64,000 nt of DNA from Auanema rhodensis (Eukaryota > Animalia > Nematoda): assembly GCA_964057225.1 (NCBI GenBank), contig OZ059896.1, positions 12,648,001 to 12,712,000 on the forward strand, read 5' to 3'. The translations under genes were made by a program, and so were the position numbers. The notes beneath the pieces are model-generated. The model was not told the origin of the DNA, did not search any database, and was given only the letters and a program-made list of their open reading frames with translations. Below, one piece after another: positions 55,701 through 64,000 of this stretch. Numbering within the stretch: the first letter of the stretch is position 1; the number at the start of each line of letters is the position of its first letter.

Positions 55701-58700
55701 TCTCATTATATTCTCTACTTTGACTTTGATTTTTCTAAAATTTCATTAATGTAAAATTCAAAATATCATTTCTTGTGATCAGATTTTTAATCGTTATATC
55801 TGTAAACGTTTCTCTCAAAATAGCATGTAGAGTGTTCATTTGTACCCACTCAACAAAGAAAGTAGAAGAACATATATATTTAGAGCAAAAAAAGTGTTGA
55901 AAAGTCGTTATCTCGTTAACATCAGTTTCACTGCCCAAAACTCAGTTTATTGTCATTCTACTTGCTATTTCGAGAGAAACGTTTACAGATATATATGAAT
56001 ATTTACTACACTAGCAAGCAGAAGAAAACCTTATACTAGTTCATTGTTTTTTTTTAAATTTTTTTCGGTATATTTATTTTTTCACTTTCAAATCGGCAAC
56101 ACTAGCAAGCAGAAGAAAACCTTATACTAGTTCATTGTTTTTTTTTAATTTTTTTCGGTATATTTATTTTTTCACTGTCAAATCGGCAACACTAGCAAGC
56201 AGAAAAAAACCTTATACTAGTTCATTGTTTTTTTTTTAATTTTTTTCGGTATATTTATTTTTTCACTGTCAAATGGGCAAGCACCTGCTGCACATGTGCG
56301 AGCTATTCGAGTGACCGATGCCCAAACGAGCCACGCTGAGAAAATGAGGCTGACATAACACGTTTTTCACTCCTACCCAGATTGATTGCTTTAGAGACAT
56401 TTCTGTCTTATCTCATTATATTCTCTACTTTGACTTTGATTTTTCTAAAATTTCATTAATGTAAAATTCAAAATATCATTTCTTGTGATCAGATTGTTAA
56501 TCGTTATATCTGTAAACGTTTCTCTCAAAATAGCATGTAGAGTGTTCATTTGTACCCACTCAACAAAGAAAGTAAAAGAACATATATATTTAGAGCAAAA
56601 AAAGTGTTGAAAAGTCGTTATCTCGTTAACATCAGTTTCACTGCCCAAAACTCAGTTTATTGTCATTCTACTTGCTATTTCGAGAGAAACGTTTACAGAT
56701 ATATATGAATATTTACTACACTAGCAAGCAGAAGAAAACCTTATACTAGTTCATTGTTTTTTTTTTAATTTTTTTCGGTATATTTATTTTTTCACTTTCA
56801 AATCGGCAACACTAGCAAGCAGAAGAAAACCTTATACTAGTTCATTGTTTTTTTTTAATTTTTTTCGGTATATTTTTTTTTTCACTGTCAAATCGACAAG
56901 CACCTGCTGCACATGTGCGAGCTATTCGAGTGACCGATGCCCGAACGAGCCATGCTTAGAAATTGAGGCTGACATAACACGTTTTTCACTCTTACCCAGA
57001 TTGATTGCTTTAGAGACATTTCTGTCTTATCTCATTATATTCTCTACTTTGACTTTGATTTTTCTAAAATTTCATTAATGTATAATTCAAAATATCATTT
57101 CTTGTGATCAGATTGTTAATCGTTATATCTGTAAACGTTTCTCTCGAAATAGCAAGTAGAGTGTTCAGTTGTACCCACTTAACAAAGAAAGTAGAAGAAC
57201 ATATATATTTAGAGCAAAAAAAGTGCGGAAAAGTCGTTATCTCGTTAACATTAGTTTCACTGCTCAAAACTCTGTTTATTGTCACTCTACTTGCTATTTC
57301 GAGAGAAACGTTTACAGATGTATATGAATATTTACTACACTAGCAAGCAGAAGAAAACCTTATACTAGTTCATTGTTTTTTTTTCGAAATTTTTTTCGGT
57401 ATATTTATTTTTTCACTGTCAAATCGGCAACACTAGCAAGCAGAAAAAAACCTTATACTAGTTCATTGTTTTTTTTTTAATTTTTTTCGGTATATTTATT
57501 TTTTCACTGTCAAATGGGCAAGCACCTGCTGCACATGTGCGAGCTATTCGAGTGACCGATGCCCAAACGAGCCACGCTGAGAAAATGAGGCTGACATAAC
57601 ACGTTTTTCACTCCTACCCAGATTGATTGCTTTAGAGACATTTCTGTCTTATCTCATTATATTCTCTACTTTGACTTTGATTTTTCTAAAATTTCATTAA
57701 TGTAAAATTCAAAATATCATTTCTTGTGATCAGATTGTTAATCGTTATATCTGTAAACGTTTCTCTCAAAATAGCATGTAGAGTGTTCATTTGTACCCAC
57801 TCAACAAAGAAAGTAAAAGAACATATATATTTAGAGCAAAAAAAGTGTTGAAAAGTCGTTATCTCGTTAACATCAGTTTCACTGCCCAAAACTCAGTTTA
57901 TTGTCATTCTACTTGCTATTTCGAGAGAAACGTTTACAGATATATATGAATATTTACTACACTAGCAAGCAGAAGAAAACCTTATACTAGTTCATTGTTT
58001 TTTTTTTAATTTTTTCCGGTATATTTATTTTTTCACTGTCAAATCAGCAAGCACCTGCTGCACATGTGCGAGCTATTCGAGTGACCGATGCCCAAACGAG
58101 TCACGCTTAGAAAATGAGGCTGACATAACACGTTTTTCACTCCTACCCAGATTGATTGCTTCAGAGACATTTCTGTCTTATCTCATTATATTCTCTACTT
58201 TGACTTTGATTTTTCTAAAATTTCATTAATGTATAATTCAAAATATCATTTCTTGTGATCAGATTGTTAATCGTTATATCTGTAAACGTTTCTCTCGAAA
58301 TAGCAAGTGGAGTGTTCAGTTGTACCCACTTAACAAAGAAAGTAGAAGAACATATATATTTAGAGCAAAAAAAGTGCGGAAAAGTCGTTATCTCGTTAAC
58401 ATTAGTTTCACTGCCTAAAACTCTGTTTATTGTCCTTCTACTTGCTATTTCGAGAGAAACGTTCACAGATATATTTGAATATTTACTACACTAGCAAGCA
58501 GAAGAAAACCTTATACTAGTTCATTGTTTTTTTTCAAATTTTTTTCGGTATATTTATTTTTTCACTTTCAAATCGGCAACACTAGCAAGCAGAAGAAAAC
58601 CTTATACTAGTTCATTGTTTTTTTTAAATTTTTTTCGGTATATTTTTTTTTCACTGTCAAATCGACAAGCACCTGCTGCACATGTGCAAGCTATTCGAGT

Positions 58701-61700
58701 GACCGATGCCCGAACGAGCCATGCTTAGAAAATGAGGCTGACATAACACGTTTTTCACTCCTACCCAGATTGATTGCTTTAGAAACATTTCTGTCTCATC
58801 TCATTATATTCTCTACTTTGACTTTGATTTTTCTAAAATTTCATTAATGTAAAATTCAAAATATCATTTCTTGTGATCAGATTGTTAATCGTTATAACTG
58901 TAAACGTTTCTCTCGAAATAGCAAGTAGAGTGTTCAGTTGTACCCACTTAACAAAGAAAGTAGAAGAACATATATATTTAGAGCAAAAAAAGTGCGGAAA
59001 AGTCGTTATCTCGTTAACATTAGTTTCACTGCCCAAAACTCTGTTTATTGTCACTCTACTTGCTATTTCGAGAGAAACGTTTACAGATGTATATGAATAT
59101 TTACTACACTAGCAAGCAGAAGAAAACCTTAAACTAGTTCATTGTTTTTTTTTGAAATTTTTCTCGGTATATTTATTTTTTCACTGTCAAATCGGCAAGC
59201 ACCTGCTGCACATGTGCGAGCTATTCGAGTGACCGATGCCCAAACGAGCCACGCTTAGAAAATGAGGCTGACATAACACGTTTTTCACTCCTACCCAGAT
59301 TGATTGCTTTAGAGACATTTCTGTCTTATCTCATTATATTCTCTACTTTGACTTCGATTTTTCTAAAATTTCATTAATGTATAATTCAAAAAATTATTTC
59401 TTGTGATCAGATTGTTAATCGTTATATCTGTAAACGTTTTTCTCGAAATAGCGAGTAGAGTTTTCAGTTGTACTCACTTAACAAAGAAAGTAGAAGAACA
59501 TATATATTTTGAGCAAAAAAAGTGCGGAAAAGTCGTTATCTCGTTAACATCAGTTTCACTGCCCAAAACTCTGTTTATTGTCATTCTACTTGCTATTTCG
59601 AGAGAAACGTTCACAGATATATATGAATATTTACTACACTAGCAAGCAGAAGAAAACCTTATACTAGTTCATTGTTTTTTTTTTAATTTTTTTCGGTATA
59701 TTTATTTTTTCACTTTCAAATCGGCAACACTAGCAAGCAGAAGAAAACCTTATACTAGTTCATTGTTTTTTTTTATTTTTTTTCGGTATATTTTTTTTTT
59801 CACTGTCAAATCGACAAGCACCTGCTGCACATATGCAAGCTATTCGAGTGACCGATGCCCGAACGAGCCATGCTTAGAAAATGAGGCTGACATAACACGT
59901 TTTTCACTCTTACCCAGATTGATTGCTTTAGAGACATTTCTGTCTTATCTCATTATATTCTCTACTTTGACTTTGATTTTTCTAAAATTTCATTAATGTA
60001 TAATTCAAAAAATTATTTCTTGTGATCAGATTGTTAATCGTTATATCTGTAAACGTTTCTCTCGAAATAGCGAGTAGAAAGTTCAGTTGTACTCACTTAA
60101 CAAAGAAAGTAGAAGAACATATATATTTTGAGCAAAAAAAGTGCGGAAAAGTCGTTATCTCGTTAACATCAGTTTCACTGCCCAAAACTCTGTTTATTGT
60201 CATTCTACTTGCTATTTCGAGAGAAACGTTCACAGATATATATGAATATTTACTACACTAGCAAGCAGAAGAAAACCTTATACTAGTTCATTGTTTTTTT
60301 TTTAATTTTTTTCGGTATATTTATTTTTTCACTTTCAAATCGGCAACACTAGCAAGCAGAAGAAAACCTTATACTAGTTCATTGTTTTTTTTTAATTTTT
60401 TTCGGTATATTTTTTTTTTCACTGTCAAATCGACAAGCACCTGCTGCACATGTGCGAGCTATTCGAGTGACCGATGCCCGAACGAGCCATGCTTAGAAAA
60501 TGAGGCTGACATAACACGTTTTTCACTCTTACCCAGATTGATTGCTTTAGAGACATTTCTGTCTTATCTCATTATATTCTCTACTTTGACTTTGATTTTT
60601 CTAAAATTTCATTAATGTATAATTCAAAATATCATTTCTTGTGATCAGATTGTTAATCGTTATATCTGTAAACGTTTCTCTCGAAATAGCAAGTAGAGTG
60701 TTCAGTTGTACCCACTTAACAAAGAAAGTAGAAGAACATATATATTTAGAACAAAAAAAGTGCGGAAAAGTCGTTATCTCGTTAACATTAGTTTCACTGC
60801 TCAAAACTCTGTTTATTGTCACTCTACTTGCTATTTCGAGAGAAACGTTCAAAGATGTATATGAATATTTACTACACTAGCAAGCAGAAGAAAACCTTAT
60901 ACTAGTTCATTGTTTTTTTTCGAAATTTTTTTCGGTATATTTATTTTTTCACTGTCAAATCGGCAAGCACCTGCTGCACATGTGCGAGCTATTCGAGTTA
61001 CCGATGCCCAAACGAGCCACGCTTAGAAAATGAGGCTGACATAACACGTTTTTCACTCCTACCCAGATTGATTGCTTTAGAGACATTTCTGTCTTATCTC
61101 ATTATATTCTCTACTTTGACTTCGATTTTTCTAAAATTTCATTAATGTATAATTCAAAATATTATTTCTTGTGATCAGATTGTTAATCGTTATATCTGTA
61201 AACGTTTCTCTCGAAATAGCAAGTAGAGTGTTCAGTTGTACTCACTTAACAAAGAAAGTAGAAGAACATATATATTTTGAGCAAAAAAAGTGCGGAAAAG
61301 TCGTTATCTCGTTAACATCAGTTTCACTGTTCAAAACTCTGTTTATTGTCACTCTACTTGCTATTTCGAGAAAAACGTTTACAGATATATATGAATATTT
61401 ACTACACTAGCAAGCAGAAGAAAACCTTATACTAGTTCATTGTTTTTTTTTAATTTTTTTCGGTATATTTATTTTTTCACTGTCAAATCGGCAACACTAG
61501 CAAGCAGAAAAAAACCTTATACTAGTTCATTGTTTTTTTTTAAATTTTTTTCGGTATATTTATTTTTTCACTGTCAAATGGGCAAGCACCTGCTGCACAT
61601 GTGCGAGCTATTCGAGTGACCGATGCCCAAACGAGCCACGCTGAGAAAATGAGGCTGACATAACACGTTTTTCACTCCTACCCAGATTGATTGCTTTAGA

Positions 61701-64000
61701 GACATTTCTGTCTTATCTCATTATATTCTCTACTTTGACTTTGATTTTTCTAAAATTTCATTAATGTAAAATTCAAAATATCATTTCTTGTGATCAGATT
61801 GTTAATCGTTATAACTGTAAACGTTTCTCTCGAAATAGCAAGTAGAGTGTTCAGTTGTACCCACTTAACAAAGAAAGTAGAAGAACATATATATTTAGAG
61901 CAAAAAAAGTGCGGAAAAGTCGTTATCTCGTTAACATTAGTTTCACTGCCCAAAACTCTGTTTATTGTCACTCTACTTGCTATTTCGAGAGAAACGTTTA
62001 CAGATGTATATGAATATTTACTACACTAGCAAGCAGAAGAAAACCTTAAACTAGTTCATTGTTTTTTTTTGAAATTTTTTTCGGTATATTTATTTTTTCA
62101 CTGTCAAATCGGCAAGCACCTGCTGCACATGTGCGAGCTATTCGAGTGACCGATGCCCAAACGAGCCACGCTTAGAAATTGAGGCTGACATAACACGTTT
62201 TTCACTCCTACCCAGATTGATTGCTTTAGAGACATTTCTGTCTTATCTCATTATATTCTCTACTTTGACTTCGATTTTTCTAAAATTTCATTAATGTATA
62301 ATTCGAAAAATTATTTCTTGTGATTAGATTGTTAATCGTTATATCTGTAAACGTTTCTCTCGAAATAGCAAGTAGAGTGTTCAGTTGTACCCACTCAACA
62401 AAGAAAGTAGAAGAACATATATATTTAGAGCAAAAAAAGTGCGGAAAAGTCGTTATCTCGTTAACATCAGTTTCACTGCCCAAAACTCAGTTTATTGTCA
62501 TTCTACTTGCTATTTCGAGAGATACGTTTACAGATGTATATGAATATTTACTACACTAGCAAGCAGAAGAAAACCTTATACTAGTTCATTGTTTTTTTTT
62601 AATTTTTTCCGGTATATTTATTTTTTCACTGTCAAATCGACAAGCACCTGCTGCACATGTGCGAGCTATTCAAGTGACCGATGCTCAAACGAGCCACGCT
62701 TAGAAAATGAGGCTGACATAACACGTTTTTCACTAATATCCAGAGTGATTGCTTTAGAGACATTTCTGTCTTATCTCATTATATTCTCTACTTTGACTTT
62801 GATTTTTCTAAAATTTCATTAATGTATAATTCAAAATATCATTTCTTGTGATCAGCTTGTTAATCGTTATATCTGTAAACGTTTCTCTCGAAATAGCAAG
62901 TAGAGTGTTCAGTTGTACTCACTTAACAAAGAAAGTAGAAGAACATATATATTTAGAGCAAAAAAAGTGCGGAAAAGTCGTTATCTCGTTAAGATCAGTT
63001 TCACTGTTCAAAACTCTGTTTATTGTCACTCTACTTGCTATTTCGAGAGAAACGTTTTCAGATATATATGAATATTTACTACACTAGCAAGCAGAAGAAA
63101 ACCTTATACTAGTTCATTGTTTTTTTTAAATTTTTTTCGGTATATTTATTTTTTCACTGTCAAATCGGCAACACTAGCAAGCAGAAGAAAACCTTATACT
63201 AGTTCATTGTTTTTTTTTAAATTTTTTTCGGTATATTTATTTTTTCACTGTCAAATCGGATAGCACCTGCTGCACATGTGCGAGCTATTCGAGTGACCGA
63301 TGCCCAAACGAGCCACGCTTAGAAAATGAGGCTGACATAACACGTTTTTCACTCCTACCCAGATTGATTGCTTTAGAGACATTTCTGTCTTATCTCATTA
63401 TATTCTTTACTTTGACTTTGATTTTTCTAAAATTTCATTAATGTAAAATTCAAAATATCATTTCTTGTGATCAGATTGTTAATCGTTATAACTGTAAACG
63501 TTTCTCTCGAAATAGCAAGTAGAGTGTTCAGTTGTACCCACTTAACAAAGAAAGTAGAAGAACATATATATTTAGAGCAAAAAAAGTGCGGAAAAGTCGT
63601 TATCTCGTTAACATTAGTTTCACTGCCCAAAACTCTGTTTATTGTCACTCTACTTGCTATTTCGAGAGAAACGTTTACAGATGTATATGAATATTTACTA
63701 CACTAGCAAGCAGAAGAAAACCTTAAACTAGTTCATTGTTTTTTTTTGAAATTTTTCTCGGTATATTTATTTTTTCACTGTCAAATCGGCAAGCACCTGC
63801 TGCACATGTGCGAGCTATTCGAGTGACCGATGCCCAAACGAGCCACGCTTAGAAAATGAGGCTGACATAACACGTTTTTCACTCCTACCCAGATTGATTG
63901 CTTTAGAGACATTTCTGTCTTATCTCATTATATTCTCTACTTTGACTTCGATTTTTCTAAAATTTCATTAATGTATAATTCAAAAAATTATTTCTTGTGA

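Larger units (their letters stand above)
1..64000. repeat. Tandem satellite DNA array, ~528-bp basic monomer (variants ~618/707/799 bp), interrupted by three Tc1 copies; runs off both window edges
   Basis: Landmarks (e.g. TTCTTGTGATCAG, GCACCTGCTGCACATGTGCGAGC, GTGCGGAAAAGTCGTTATCTCG) recur head-to-tail. Homologous ORF starts at 495, 1024, 1553, 2081 and 2611 give periods of 528-530 bp; 4551->5169 = 618; 13359->14065 = 706. Monomers differ by scattered SNPs and poly-T length. Confidence 0.99.

Noticed and set aside
401-63706. Recurrent 60-137 aa ORFs in the satellite (MIRLLIV..., MFFF..., MTINRV...)
   Set aside because: Many begin at GTG/TTG, they overlap on both strands, are frequently broken by stops and poly-T frameshifts, and show no recognisable domain. 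They recur only because the DNA repeats.
1-64000. CRISPR array or tandem RNA-gene cluster (5S, SL, tRNA, snRNA)
   Set aside because: No unique spacers or cas genes; no recognisable 5S or spliced-leader sequence or cloverleaf. An Rfam/Infernal scan of the monomer would be the decisive test.

Overview
This is a eukaryotic, AT-rich tandem satellite array (roughly 100-110 monomers, all in one orientation) that fills the whole window. The basic monomer is 526-530 bp. Longer variants (~618, ~707, ~799 bp) arise from 2-4 copies of an internal ~90-bp module. Essentially every monomer carries a 40-bp inverted repeat around a ~119-bp spacer (a ~199-bp MITE/foldback-like cassette) and a conserved GC-rich palindromic box. 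The only real coding sequences are three near-identical 1,384-bp Tc1 (DD34E) DNA transposons at 28216-29599, 34634-36017 and 39376-40759, each with an intact 342-aa transposase, 27-bp perfect TIRs and a TA target duplication. All three sit at the same TA in the spacer of the monomer's inverted repeat and share private flanking SNPs, so they derive from one insertion that was amplified with the satellite. The array also shows local higher-order duplications, positional subfamilies, two deletion monomers and several substitutions mirrored between the two inverted-repeat arms. The many 60-140 aa ORFs in the satellite are judged spurious. I cannot support a novel protein-coding system; the interesting signal is in repeat architecture and dynamics. 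Host species and centromeric status cannot be determined from sequence alone.
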